DNA of 64,000 nt from an uncultured delta proteobacterium (GTDB lineage: Bacteria; Desulfobacterota; Syntrophia; Syntrophales; Smithellaceae): assembly GCA_963851005.1 (NCBI GenBank), contig CAWKNI010000002.1, positions 76,253-140,252 on the forward strand. The letters run 5' to 3'. This document shows, in pieces, positions 25,867 to 35,805 of this stretch. The stretch's first letter is position 1. Each line of letters opens with the position of its first letter. The notes below the pieces were generated by a model. The model was not told the origin of the DNA and searched no databases. It saw only the letters and a list, made by a program, of their open reading frames with translations. The position numbers and the translations under genes are program-made.

Positions 25867-26745
25867 ATGATAAAAAGCATGACCGGTTATGGCCGGGCGG
25901 AAACAGTTCTAGATGGAAGAAATATTATTGTAGAAGCTAAATCCGTAAACCACCGTTTTTTGGAAATATTCCTGCGTACACCTTCAGCGCTTTTTCCTCT
26001 GGAAATGGAGTATAAAAAGAAAATCAGTGAAAGATTCAGACGCGGACGTATTGAAGTGTCCATCAGGTTCGAAGGGGAAGGTGCCGATCTTTCCAAAGTT
26101 AATTTAAATTTAGAAATTGCCCGCGATTATTTTGATGTCTTGAGCCGTCTTAAAGAGGAGTTTAATCTGCAGTCCCCGATCAGTCTAAAAACTTTGACCG
26201 GTTTTCGTGATATTTTTACTCCACCGGCGGAGACGCAACTGAATCCCGAATTTTTGGACATGGTGGAAAAAACATTTCTGGAATCACTGGCGATGTTGAA
26301 CAAAATGCGGCAGGATGAGGGACTCGCCATATTTAAAGACATGGATATGAGGCTTAAGGCGATAACGGGAATTCTGGAAACCATTAAATTACGTGCGCCG
26401 CAGGTGGTTATTGAGTATCAAAAACGTTTAGCGGAAAGAATAAAAGAGTTGACCGCCGGATACGAACTCGACGATGCCCGTTTAAGTCAAGAGGTTGCGA
26501 TTATGGCGGAAAGAACTGATATCACGGAAGAAATAGTACGGATGCATAGTCATATCTGTCAGTTTGAAGAATTGCTGCTGAGCGAGGGAACTGAGGGTAG
26601 AAAAATAGATTTCCTTTTACAGGAAATGAACCGCGAAATTAATACCATTGGTTCGAAGAGCAGCGATGTGGAAATAACTCGTCAGGTAATTGAAGTTAAA
26701 AGTGAATTGGGAAAATTGCGAGAACAGGCGCAAAATATCGAGTAA
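25867..26745 (+). CDS. yicC: YicC-family protein
   Basis: N-terminal MIKSMTGYGRAE, C-terminal EMNREINTIGSKS; 292 aa. Confidence 0.85.
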   Translation: MIKSMTGYGRAETVLDGRNIIVEAKSVNHRFLEIFLRTPSALFPLEMEYKKKISERFRRGRIEVSIRFEGEGADLSKVNLNLEIARDYFDVLSRLKEEFNLQSPISLKTLTGFRDIFTPPAETQLNPEFLDMVEKTFLESLAMLNKMRQDEGLAIFKDMDMRLKAITGILETIKLRAPQVVIEYQKRLAERIKELTAGYELDDARLSQEVAIMAERTDITEEIVRMHSHICQFEELLLSEGTEGRKIDFLLQEMNREINTIGSKSSDVEITRQVIEVKSELGKLREQAQNIE

Positions 26746-26749
26746 TATC

Positions 26750-27358
26750 ATGACCAAAGGATTGTTTATAGTTGTCTCCGCGCCCTCAGGAACAGGGAAA
26801 AGCAGCATTTGCCGCAGGTTTATGGAGGCTTATCCCGAAGTTAAATTTTCGATTTCTTTCACATCGAGGCCTCCGCGCCCCAATGAAGAAAACGGAAAAG
26901 ATTATTATTTTATTTCCCGTGAGGAGTTTCAGGCGCGCATTGATCAGGGTGAATTTGTCGAATGGGTTGAAAATTATGGACATTTTTACGGTTCTTCCAG
27001 AAACGTTATGGAAGAATTCCTCCAAAGTGGACAGGATTTACTTCTGGATATAGAATCGCGGGGCGCCAAAAAGATTAAACAGACTTTTAAAGGCGGTGTT
27101 TATGTTTTTGTGCTTCCTCCGTCACGTTCTGAATTGTTAACACGTTTGGAGGGACGTGGTTGCGAAACAGATGAAGTTATTCAAAACCGGTTCTATCAAG
27201 CGGAAAGTGAATTAAAAGAAATTTCGTGGTATGATTACGTGATTTTTAACAAAGATTTGGAAACGGCCGTTAATCAATTGATTTCGATTTATGTTGCCCA
27301 AAAATGTAAAAGAAGCAGATTGCAAGATGAAATTAAAGAATTTATTAAAAAAAAATAA
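26750..27358 (+). CDS. gmk: Guanylate kinase
   Basis: P-loop SAPSGTGKSS. Start at ATG 26750; the ORF-track extension overlaps yicC. Confidence 0.9.
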   Translation: MTKGLFIVVSAPSGTGKSSICRRFMEAYPEVKFSISFTSRPPRPNEENGKDYYFISREEFQARIDQGEFVEWVENYGHFYGSSRNVMEEFLQSGQDLLLDIESRGAKKIKQTFKGGVYVFVLPPSRSELLTRLEGRGCETDEVIQNRFYQAESELKEISWYDYVIFNKDLETAVNQLISIYVAQKCKRSRLQDEIKEFIKKK

Positions 27359-27380
27359 TATATAAGGAGATTTTAGAACA

Positions 27381-27650
27381 ATGGCGAGAGTTACAATAGA
27401 AGATTCTTTGCTTGTTGCCAAAACCAGGTTTGGTCTTGTATCATTGGCATCAAAACGAGCTCACCAATTACTAAAGGGATCAGCGCCTTTAGTGGAGTGT
27501 AAAAACAGAGAAATTGTGCGGGCTCTGCGCGAAATTGCCGCAGGTAATGTCGTTTACGCTAATCCCGAATACTTGAACGGAACGAAGGAAGATTTTAAAC
27601 CAGTTCCGGATAACTCTGAGTTCATCGGCGATGAAGAATATATCGAATAA
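27381..27650 (+). CDS. rpoZ: DNA-directed RNA polymerase subunit omega
   Basis: MARVTIEDSL...RFGLV..ASKRAHQL. Conserved yicC-gmk-rpoZ synteny. Confidence 0.9.
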   Translation: MARVTIEDSLLVAKTRFGLVSLASKRAHQLLKGSAPLVECKNREIVRALREIAAGNVVYANPEYLNGTKEDFKPVPDNSEFIGDEEYIE

Positions 27651-28380
27651 AGCGGCGAGTGATAAACTCATCTTTGCGCTTGATGCTGACAATTATGATG
27701 AAGCTCTATCATGGGTGGAACTTCTTTCCGGCCGTGTCGGCATGTTTAAAGTTGGCAAGGAATTGTTTACAGCCGTCGGGCCGAAAATAATTGAGAGCAT
27801 CAAAAAAAGAGGTCAGAAGGTATTTCTGGACCTTAAATTTCATGATATTCCCAACACCGTTGCCCGCGCGGCTGAAGCTGCTGTTAGATTGAATGTTGAT
27901 ATGTTTAATGTTCATGCGTCGGGTGGCAGTCAAATGATTAAAGAAGCAGTTTCCGCCGCCTGGGCTTGTGCCGATAAACTGGGTCAAAAGAGGCCGATTC
28001 TTTTGGCGGTGACAGTACTCACCAGTTTGAATAATGTTGATTTGATGGAAATTGGATTTCAAAAAGACACAAAAAGATTGGTTTTTGATCTGGCCAAATT
28101 GGCGCAGACCGCTGGCGCATCGGGTGTAGTAGCTTCAGCGCAGGATATATCCCTTTTGCGAGCTAATTTTGGCGATAAATTTCTCATCGTAACGCCGGGT
28201 ATACGCAGTGCTGGTTTAACAACAAAAGACGATCAAAAAAGAACTCTCAGCGCTTATGAGGCTGTAAAAACAGGAGCCGATTATATTGTTGTGGGCAGAC
28301 CAATTCGCACGGCCCAAGAGCCGTTGGAAACTTGCCGGAAAATTGTCCGGGAAATTGAGGATGGTTTAGCGGCAAGATGA
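27631..28380 (+). CDS. pyrF: Orotidine 5'-phosphate decarboxylase
   Basis: LIFALD, VFLDLKFHDIPNTV, VVGRPI. Confidence 0.9.
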   Translation: MKNISNKAASDKLIFALDADNYDEALSWVELLSGRVGMFKVGKELFTAVGPKIIESIKKRGQKVFLDLKFHDIPNTVARAAEAAVRLNVDMFNVHASGGSQMIKEAVSAAWACADKLGQKRPILLAVTVLTSLNNVDLMEIGFQKDTKRLVFDLAKLAQTAGASGVVASAQDISLLRANFGDKFLIVTPGIRSAGLTTKDDQKRTLSAYEAVKTGADYIVVGRPIRTAQEPLETCRKIVREIEDGLAAR

Positions 28381-28407
28381 TTCGCTGACGAAAATAGAAA
28401 GCAGAGT

Positions 28408-29160
28408 ATGGAGGTAATTTACGGTATAAATTCCATTAAGGCTCTTCTTCGGCAGCGGGAGGGCGGATGGGAAAAAATTATCATCGCCTCCGGAAGAGGT
28501 GGGTCTTCTGTAAAAGAAGTAATCGAGCTAGCCCGGCAAAAAATAATTCCCGTTGAGTTTTACCAGCGAAAATATCTGGATGAATTGGCCGGAACGAGTG
28601 ATCATCAAGGGGTTGTCGGTCTGTGCAAATCTTTTGTGTATTCAGATTTAGATGTATTAATAAAAAACCGCAATAAATCTTTTAAATTTGATCTAATTTT
28701 AGTCCTCGACAGCATTATGGATCCCCAAAATCTAGGATCAATAATTCGTACCGCCCATTGTTTAGGCGCAAATGGTATAGTGATTCCGGCAGACAGGGCT
28801 GCTCCTGTTACTGCCGCCGTTAATAAAGCGTCTGCCGGAAGCGTTCAGCAAATACCCATCGTTAGAGTGATTAACTTATCGCAAACACTTGATTATCTAA
28901 AAGATAAAGGATTTTGGGTTTTTGGAGCGGAAGCTCATGACGGAAGCGACTTAAGAAAAATGGATTTTAATTGTTCTATAGTTTTGGTATTAGGTGGAGA
29001 GGCAAAAGGTATCAGGCCATTAGTGAGGAAGAAATGTGATTTTCTGCTAACCATTCCCATGGCGGGAAGCTTTGATTCCTTGAATGTTGCTGTGGCTGCG
29101 GGCATTGTCCAATATGAAATATTTTGTCAACGCAGTCGGGCAAATGCAGTTTTAGAATAG
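28408..29160 (+). CDS. rlmB: 23S rRNA (guanosine-2'-O)-methyltransferase RlmB (SpoU/TrmH family)
   Basis: SpoU motifs DPQNLGSIIRTA, LVLGGEAKGI and SLNVAVAAGI. Confidence 0.85.
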   Translation: MEVIYGINSIKALLRQREGGWEKIIIASGRGGSSVKEVIELARQKIIPVEFYQRKYLDELAGTSDHQGVVGLCKSFVYSDLDVLIKNRNKSFKFDLILVLDSIMDPQNLGSIIRTAHCLGANGIVIPADRAAPVTAAVNKASAGSVQQIPIVRVINLSQTLDYLKDKGFWVFGAEAHDGSDLRKMDFNCSIVLVLGGEAKGIRPLVRKKCDFLLTIPMAGSFDSLNVAVAAGIVQYEIFCQRSRANAVLE

Positions 29161-29293
29161 ATAATTTGCGGTGTCCAATGTGTCTTTTTTGGTAAACCGG
29201 ATATCGCTAATTTAACTTGTTGAATTAATATAGGAGCTGGTTTAGAATAACAAAACATTAAATTATTCCAACATAAGGAAAGGATTTCCGAAT

Positions 29294-30502
29294 ATGCCAA
29301 TTTTTATTTGGGAAGGTACAACAAAAAAAAATGAGATAAGAAAAGGAGAAATAGAGGCAACTGACGAGAGCACTGTTCGTGGCCTTTTGCGCCGGCAAGG
29401 ATTTAAAACCATTGAGGTCAAAAAAAAACCCAAAGACCTTGCTGAATACCTTCCTTTTTTAAAAGGTAAAATTAAGGAAAAAAATGTTGTTGTTTTTTGC
29501 CGAATTTTTTCCACAATGATCAATGCAGGCCTTCCGCTTATTCAGTGTTTGGATCTTTTATCACAACAAGAACAAAACAAAACTTTTTCTAAAATTATTC
29601 GTTCCGTAAAAGAAGATATAGAGGGAGGGACCAGTTTAACCAATGCTTTAAAGAAATACCCTGAAATATTTGATGATCTTTTTGTGAATTTGATCGCTGC
29701 AGGTGAAGCTGGTGGTATATTGGATGTTATTTTGGAACGTCTTTCGGCTTACATGGAAAAAGCGATGAAGTTGAAAGCACGTGTTAAAGGCGCAATGACT
29801 TATCCTTTAGCTGTTCTAGTCATCTCCATTTCCGTAGTCGCTTTATTGCTTCTCAAGGTTATTCCTGTATTTCAAACGATGTTTGAAGGTATGGGCGGAC
29901 AATTGCCCGGTCCTACTGCATTCTTAATTGCGGCAAGTCAGTATACGCAACATTATTTTTTATTTATAGTAGCCATCTTAGTTGTTATTTATATAGCCTT
30001 TAACAGATTTTATAAAACGGAGAGGGGACGCTGGATAATGGATTCTCTGATGCTCAAATCTCCGGTTTTCGGAGAACTGTTGAAAAAAGTTGCTGTGGCC
30101 AAATTTTCTCGTACGCTTTCAACAATGATGAGTTCCGGCGTGCCAATTTTGGAAGGACTGTTAATTGTCAGCAAGACTTCCGGTAATGTAGTTGTCGAAA
30201 ATGCTCTCATGAAAACACGCCAAAGTATTTCCGAAGGCCGGTCTATAGCGGAACCACTTGCCGAGACAGGAATCTTTCCGCCCATGGTTATACAAATGAT
30301 TTCTGTGGGAGAGGCGACAGGCGCCCTGGATTCGATGCTCAGCAAAATAGCTTCTTTTTATGACGATGAAGTTGATTCTGCGGTGGATGCAATGACTGCG
30401 TTATTAGAGCCGATAATGATGGTTTTCTTGGGGGGAGTCGTTGGCGGTATGATTATCGCGATGTATCTGCCTATCTTTAAACTTGCTTCCGTTGTTAGCT
30501 GA
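29294..30502 (+). CDS. pilC: Type IV pilus / type II secretion platform protein (PilC/GspF family)
   Basis: Two GspF repeats (FCRIFSTMINAGLPL.., FSRTLSTMMSSGVPIL..), 3 TM helices, 402 aa. Confidence 0.9.
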   Translation: MPIFIWEGTTKKNEIRKGEIEATDESTVRGLLRRQGFKTIEVKKKPKDLAEYLPFLKGKIKEKNVVVFCRIFSTMINAGLPLIQCLDLLSQQEQNKTFSKIIRSVKEDIEGGTSLTNALKKYPEIFDDLFVNLIAAGEAGGILDVILERLSAYMEKAMKLKARVKGAMTYPLAVLVISISVVALLLLKVIPVFQTMFEGMGGQLPGPTAFLIAASQYTQHYFLFIVAILVVIYIAFNRFYKTERGRWIMDSLMLKSPVFGELLKKVAVAKFSRTLSTMMSSGVPILEGLLIVSKTSGNVVVENALMKTRQSISEGRSIAEPLAETGIFPPMVIQMISVGEATGALDSMLSKIASFYDDEVDSAVDAMTALLEPIMMVFLGGVVGGMIIAMYLPIFKLASVVS

Positions 30503-30537
30503 TATAGATATATGTTGCGAAATTGTCTGTATTAAAA

Positions 30538-30614
30538 TGGTCGGGATGGCGCGATTTGAACGCGCGACTCCTGCGTCCCGAACGCAGTGCCCTACCAAGC
30601 TGGGCCACATCCCG
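30538..30614 (-). tRNA. tRNA-Pro (anticodon CGG), CCA encoded
   Basis: Folded by hand: acceptor CGGGATG/CATCCCG, anticodon arm CTGCG-TTCGGGA-CGCAG, T arm GCGCG-TTCAAAT-CGCGC; 77 nt. Confidence 0.9.
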
Positions 30615-30786
30615 ACACGGCCAAGAACGTTATATAATTTATTTGTAATTGTCCACTTATTTATTCACAATACTAATCTTAACTATAAATATTTTGATCT
30701 TTCTTTAATTTATATAGGCAATTGTTTTTTATTTAAGGGCGTGTTATATAATAACTTAACATTATTGAAAAAAGGATGTTCTGCCG

Positions 30787-31203
30787 GTGATTATTTACGA
30801 TCTAAAGTGTGAGAAGGGACATAAGTTCGAGGGCTGGTTTAAAGACCAGCATGCATGGAATTTACAAAAATCGCAAAGGCTGGTTTCTTGTCCGGTGTGT
30901 AATAGTTCGAATATCGAAATCATTCCTTCTTCCATTACGATTATGGGAAAGGATTCACGGGCGGCAGGCAAAATTCAGGAAAAGGAAATTTCTCCCGCTG
31001 GCGCCCTGAAAATGCTACATCAGTATATTGATAAAAATTTTGAGGATGTGGGTGATAAATTTGCTGAAATTGCCTTAAGGATACATTACGGGGATGAGGA
31101 AAAGCGAAATATCAAAGGGACAAGCACGCCGCAAGAGGAAGAAAACTTAAAGGAAGAGGGTGTTCAGTTCATTAAAGTTCCTTTATTAAAAATGGATAGT
31201 TAA
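30787..31203 (+). CDS. DUF1178 family zinc-ribbon protein
   Basis: MIIYDLKCEKGHKFEGWFKD...CPVC; GTG start. Confidence 0.7.
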   Translation: MIIYDLKCEKGHKFEGWFKDQHAWNLQKSQRLVSCPVCNSSNIEIIPSSITIMGKDSRAAGKIQEKEISPAGALKMLHQYIDKNFEDVGDKFAEIALRIHYGDEEKRNIKGTSTPQEEENLKEEGVQFIKVPLLKMDS

Positions 31204-31293
31204 TCAAATATTTTTCCGGGTTCCTTTTTGCCCGCATAACTTCGTATTTCCCGACTTAAAACAGATTTTTTGTTATTTTACAGGCTTTAATCT

Positions 31294-33612
31294 ATGCATA
31301 AAATTTATAAAAGTATCATTGAGAATATTGGAAACACTCCCCTGGTGGAAATCTGCCGCCTTAATCCCAATAAAAAAGTAAAGATTTTTGCTAAACTGGA
31401 AAGTGCTAATCCCGGTGGTTCCATTAAGGATCGCACAGCATTATTCATGATTGAAAATGCGGAAAAGAGGGGCGAATTAACGCCGGCGAAAACTATTTTA
31501 GAAGCAACCAGCGGCAATACCGGAATAGGTTTGGCGATGATTGCCGCGTCTAAGGGATATAAGTTATGTTTAACTATGTCGGAAGCGGCAAGCGAGGAGA
31601 GGAAAAAGATTCTACGGGCCATGGGCGCTGAATTGCATTTTACTCCGGCTGCTCAAGGTACCGATGGCGCCATCGAAGTCGCTTACAAGATGCTGCGTGA
31701 AAATCCGGATAAATATTTCGGTACTGATCAATTCAATAATGATGATAATGTTGCCGCCCATTATTACGGCACTGCTCAGGAAATTTGGGAACAAACCGAC
31801 GGCGCAGTTACTATGGTGGTATCCAGCCTCGGTACAACAGGCACCGCTATGGGAATTTCCAAACGTCTAAAAGAACTAAATCCGGAAATTAAAATTATAG
31901 GAGTTGAACCTTATCTTCAGCATAAGATTCAAGGACTGAAGAACATGCGGGAGTCGTACCGTCCGGGAATATTTGATAAGGCCAGACTCGACGAAAAAGT
32001 AAATATTTTAGATGAAGATGCTTTTGAAATGTCCAGAAGGATCGCCCGTGAAGAAGGCATATTAGCGGGAATGAGTTCCGGTGCGGCCATGTTTGTTGCC
32101 GGTCAGAAGGCAAGGCAAATGGAAGAAGGATTAATTGTTGTCATCTTTCCGGATAGTGGGGAGCGTTATTTAAGCACGGAATTATTTTCTTTTAAGGAAG
32201 ATATTTCTACTTTTAGTCTCTACAACATTCTTAAACGCCGGAAAGATCTGTTCAAACCGATTAAGGCTGATGAAGTGAAAATGCATACCTGTGGACCGAC
32301 AGTTCATGATGCGCCTCATTTGGGAAATTACCGGCGCGTTGTAGTGTCCGATTTAATTTTACGCTATTTAATTTATAAAGGTTACAAAGTAAAGCATGTT
32401 CTGGATATTGTTGATCTCACGGACAAATCTATTAAAGGATCAGAAAGAGAGGGAATGGACCTTTCCGATTATTCCGATAAATATTTAAAAATATTTTTGG
32501 AAGATGCGCAATTTCTGAATATTCATCAGGATAATATTTATGTTAGGGCATCGGAAAACATTGAAGAGATGCTCAAAATTGTCGAGAAATTGGTCGATAA
32601 GAATTATGCATACGAAAAATTACATTCAGTCTATTATGATATTTCTAAATTAGCTGATTATGGTATTCTCTCCAATATTGATTTAGGAAAAACAAGGCTT
32701 GGGAAGACCATAGACCTTGACGAGTATGAAAAGGATCACCCGATGGATTTTGCTTTGCTGAGGCGGGCAAATCTGGGGGAACTGAAAAGAGGTATTTACT
32801 ATAAAACTAAATGGGGCAATGTCAGGCCCGGCTGGCATTTGGAATGTTCGGCAATTTCTAATAAGTACCTGGGGGCAACTTATGACATTAACGTAAGCGG
32901 GGCTGATGAAACGTTTCCCCATTGTGAAAATATTTTAGCCATTAATAAAGCGATTTCCGGTTGCAGCGGAGCTAATTACTGGATAAATGCCGAGTTGATT
33001 TTGGTTGAAGGCAAAAAAATGTCGCGTTCTCTGAATAACGCGTTGCCGTTGGTTAAATTGCGTCAAAACGGTTACAGCGGCAGGGATATACGTTTTTTTC
33101 TGTTGGCGATGCATTATCGTAAGCCGGTTAATTATTCGGAAGGCGCACTGCAGACGGCAAAAAATACGGTTAAGAAAATCCATACATTTATTTGCCGGCT
33201 CAACGCCGTTAAAGATGATAAAGAAAATGGTTTTGTGGAGATCGATCAACTAATATACGATCTTAAGCATGATTTCGTAGCCGCGTTAGACGATGATTTA
33301 AATATTGCTAGTGCGCTGGCAGCGCTTTTTAATTTTATTGGTAAAATAAATTTTCCTTTAACCCGGGGTATGATAAATAGAGGCAATGCCCGGAAAATAC
33401 TGGCGGCACTGGCAAATATCAACGAAGTGCTGGGAGTAATGGATTTTGATATGCAGGTTGCTCAAGAGGAAATAAGCGAGTTAATCAATAAAAGAGAGGC
33501 TGCCAGAGGCGCTCATAATTGGGAGAAAGCAGATTCCTATAGAGCGCAGTTAGCCGAACTTGGCGTTGATGTTTTGGACACATCCCAAGGAGTTGTCTGG
33601 CGATTTAAATAG
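31294..33612 (+). CDS. Apparent fusion: cysteine synthase (CysK/CysM-type PLP enzyme, aa 1-~298) + divergent cysteinyl-tRNA synthetase (aa ~308-772)
   Basis: N-terminal part: GGSIKDR (PLP Lys45), TSGNTGIGLA, GTTGT, SSGAA, DSGERYLSTELF. C-terminal part: CGPTVHDAPHLGN (HIGH-like), WHLECSA, FPHCENI, KMSRS, and the anticodon-binding and C-terminal CysRS tail. Confidence 0.8.
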   Translation: MHKIYKSIIENIGNTPLVEICRLNPNKKVKIFAKLESANPGGSIKDRTALFMIENAEKRGELTPAKTILEATSGNTGIGLAMIAASKGYKLCLTMSEAASEERKKILRAMGAELHFTPAAQGTDGAIEVAYKMLRENPDKYFGTDQFNNDDNVAAHYYGTAQEIWEQTDGAVTMVVSSLGTTGTAMGISKRLKELNPEIKIIGVEPYLQHKIQGLKNMRESYRPGIFDKARLDEKVNILDEDAFEMSRRIAREEGILAGMSSGAAMFVAGQKARQMEEGLIVVIFPDSGERYLSTELFSFKEDISTFSLYNILKRRKDLFKPIKADEVKMHTCGPTVHDAPHLGNYRRVVVSDLILRYLIYKGYKVKHVLDIVDLTDKSIKGSEREGMDLSDYSDKYLKIFLEDAQFLNIHQDNIYVRASENIEEMLKIVEKLVDKNYAYEKLHSVYYDISKLADYGILSNIDLGKTRLGKTIDLDEYEKDHPMDFALLRRANLGELKRGIYYKTKWGNVRPGWHLECSAISNKYLGATYDINVSGADETFPHCENILAINKAISGCSGANYWINAELILVEGKKMSRSLNNALPLVKLRQNGYSGRDIRFFLLAMHYRKPVNYSEGALQTAKNTVKKIHTFICRLNAVKDDKENGFVEIDQLIYDLKHDFVAALDDDLNIASALAALFNFIGKINFPLTRGMINRGNARKILAALANINEVLGVMDFDMQVAQEEISELINKREAARGAHNWEKADSYRAQLAELGVDVLDTSQGVVWRFK

Positions 33613-33625
33613 TAGAATAGTTGTT

Positions 33626-34447
33626 ATGAATACTTTGAGAAAATCAGTAATAGCCGGCTCCTGGTACCCCGGAGCGCCATCCATTTTGAGAAGGGATATT
33701 GAGAATTACTTTAATTCGGTATCTGACTTGGAATTGGAAGGAAAAGTTGTGGGCTTGATTGCTCCGCACGCTGGATACGTTTATTCCGGACAAATTGCGG
33801 CCAACGCCTATAATTTTATCTGCGGGAAAGAATACGATGCAGTTATTGTCGTTGGGCCGAGCCACAGAGTTGCTTTTCATGGCGTATCTATTTTCAGCAC
33901 TGGTGGTTATGAAACACCTCTGGGGATTGTGCCTGTTGCCGAAAAATTAGCAAAAAAAATTAAAATTTTAAGCAAGATAGTAGCAGATATCCCAGAAGCG
34001 CATTTGCAGGAACATTCTGTGGAAATTCAACTCCCATTTTTACAAGTTGCCCTGGGCGATTTTTCGTTTATTCCTCTGGTGATGGGGGATCAGGGTGCAA
34101 ATACTTGTCAGAAACTTGCTGCGGCAATATATGAGGCGACACGTGATAAAAAAATATTAATAGTAGGGAGTTCCGATTTATCTCATTTTTACAACTATAA
34201 CGTGGCGAAAAAAATGGATGCTGTTGTTTTGGGGTACTTAAAAGATGGAGACGCGGTTGGGCTGTTGAAAAGTTTAGAAAATGGAACTGCTGAGGCCTGT
34301 GGTGGCGGGCCAATGGTAGTGACCATGCTGGTGGCGCGCATGATGAATGCAAATAAAGCGCACCTTTTGAAATACGCCAATTCCGGAGATGTAACCGGCG
34401 ATAAAAGTTCAGTTGTCGGATATGTGGCGGCGGTTTATTGTAAATAA
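33626..34447 (+). CDS. AmmeMemoRadiSam system protein B (MEMO1 family)
   Basis: VIAGSWYPG, IAPHAGYVYSG, EHSVEIQLPFLQ, DLSH. Confidence 0.85.
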   Translation: MNTLRKSVIAGSWYPGAPSILRRDIENYFNSVSDLELEGKVVGLIAPHAGYVYSGQIAANAYNFICGKEYDAVIVVGPSHRVAFHGVSIFSTGGYETPLGIVPVAEKLAKKIKILSKIVADIPEAHLQEHSVEIQLPFLQVALGDFSFIPLVMGDQGANTCQKLAAAIYEATRDKKILIVGSSDLSHFYNYNVAKKMDAVVLGYLKDGDAVGLLKSLENGTAEACGGGPMVVTMLVARMMNANKAHLLKYANSGDVTGDKSSVVGYVAAVYCK

Positions 34448-34465
34448 AAAATAAGGGAGTATAAA

Positions 34466-35014
34466 ATGGAATTAACGGCGAATGAAAAAGATACTCTTCT
34501 GGATATAGCGAAAAAGGCAATTGCGGCTAAAGTTAATAACAACAAGATACCTGAATTATCTGTTGATTCGGAAACGCTCAAGGGAAAAAGAGGCGCGTTT
34601 GTGACTCTGAAAAAACATGGTTGCTTGCGCGGCTGTATAGGTTATATAAAGCCAGTTAAGGCGCTTGGTGAGACTGTTCAGGAAATGGCTGTCGCGGCTG
34701 CTTTTCATGATCCGCGATTTCCCTCTTTAAAAAAGGATGAAGTTCGGGATTTAACTTTTGAAATATCCGTGTTGAGCCCATTGAAACGCATTAAAGATAT
34801 TAATGAAATTGAAGTGGGAACTCACGGCTTATACATGGTCCGTGGATATAATGCCGGTTTATTATTACCGCAAGTAGCCGTTGAATACGAATGGGACAGG
34901 GAAACGTTTCTGCAAGAGACTTGCCATAAGGCTGGATTGCCGCCACAGGCATGGATGGATAAGGAAACGGAAATTTATATTTTTTCAGCAGATTATTTTG
35001 GCGATACTGACTGA
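34466..35014 (+). CDS. AmmeMemoRadiSam system protein A (AMMECR1 domain)
   Basis: GAFVTLKKHGCLRGCIG and HGL....G..GLLLPQV. Confidence 0.85.
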   Translation: MELTANEKDTLLDIAKKAIAAKVNNNKIPELSVDSETLKGKRGAFVTLKKHGCLRGCIGYIKPVKALGETVQEMAVAAAFHDPRFPSLKKDEVRDLTFEISVLSPLKRIKDINEIEVGTHGLYMVRGYNAGLLLPQVAVEYEWDRETFLQETCHKAGLPPQAWMDKETEIYIFSADYFGDTD

Positions 35015-35071
35015 CCATGTAATATTCTTTGTTCAACACTTGATACAAACAACTATTTTAAGGATATTTAT

Positions 35072-35677
35072 TTGACAAAAAGTAATAAATGCTTAGTTAT
35101 CGGGCTTTTACTTTTGGTTCTGCTGGCGGGATTTATTTTATATTCACCGCGGTTTTTACTTTACTCTTCTGAATATAAGAAGGCAAATGCGATTATACTT
35201 ATTCTCGGACCTGATTTTAAAGCGCGCCAAAAAGAAGCCTATGAATTGATAAATGAGGGAATGACGGATTATTTGATTATTCCGGCGTATCATAAGGCCT
35301 ATAGGGTTTATGATAAAGAGACGAAGAAATATTTATCACCGAATTTATATTCTTTTAAATCAAGCCAAAAGAATATTGCCGCGCCTCCCGGCTTCTATGA
35401 AGATACACATTTGGAAATAATTGAGGCTAAAAAAATAATGTCTGATTATGGGCTGAATTCCGCCATATTTGTCAGTTCGCCATATCATATGCGTCGGATT
35501 AAGTTAATTGCCATGAAAGTATTTGATACAAATAAAGGTGATTTATATTTTGTGCCGACACGTTATGAAACAGCTCCAGCCAATTATTGGGAATTATCTT
35601 TGGCAGACTGGAAGAAAGTAAGAAGAGAATACGGCAAAATATTTTGGTTTTTTCTTTACTTTTTATGGTCAGGGTAG
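35072..35677 (+). CDS. DUF218/YdcF-family protein
   Basis: N-terminal TM helix and FVSSPYHMRR motif; TTG start with AAGGA upstream. Confidence 0.65.
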   Translation: MTKSNKCLVIGLLLLVLLAGFILYSPRFLLYSSEYKKANAIILILGPDFKARQKEAYELINEGMTDYLIIPAYHKAYRVYDKETKKYLSPNLYSFKSSQKNIAAPPGFYEDTHLEIIEAKKIMSDYGLNSAIFVSSPYHMRRIKLIAMKVFDTNKGDLYFVPTRYETAPANYWELSLADWKKVRREYGKIFWFFLYFLWSG

Positions 35678-35733
35678 CTTAAAAAGAACCAAGTTTTAGA
35701 GGACTCTATTTCTGAAACATGGCGGATATTTAG

Positions 35734-35765
35734 ATTATCCCACGTCGCTTCGCTCCTGGGATAAT
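35734..35765. repeat. REP-like hairpin ATTATCCCA-N14-TGGGATAAT
   Basis: Same arms as the unit at 12280-12309, with a different loop. Confidence 0.8.
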
Positions 35766-35805
35766 TCGACTAACGCTTCCTATAGTCAGTGAGTTTCATT
35801 AAAAA

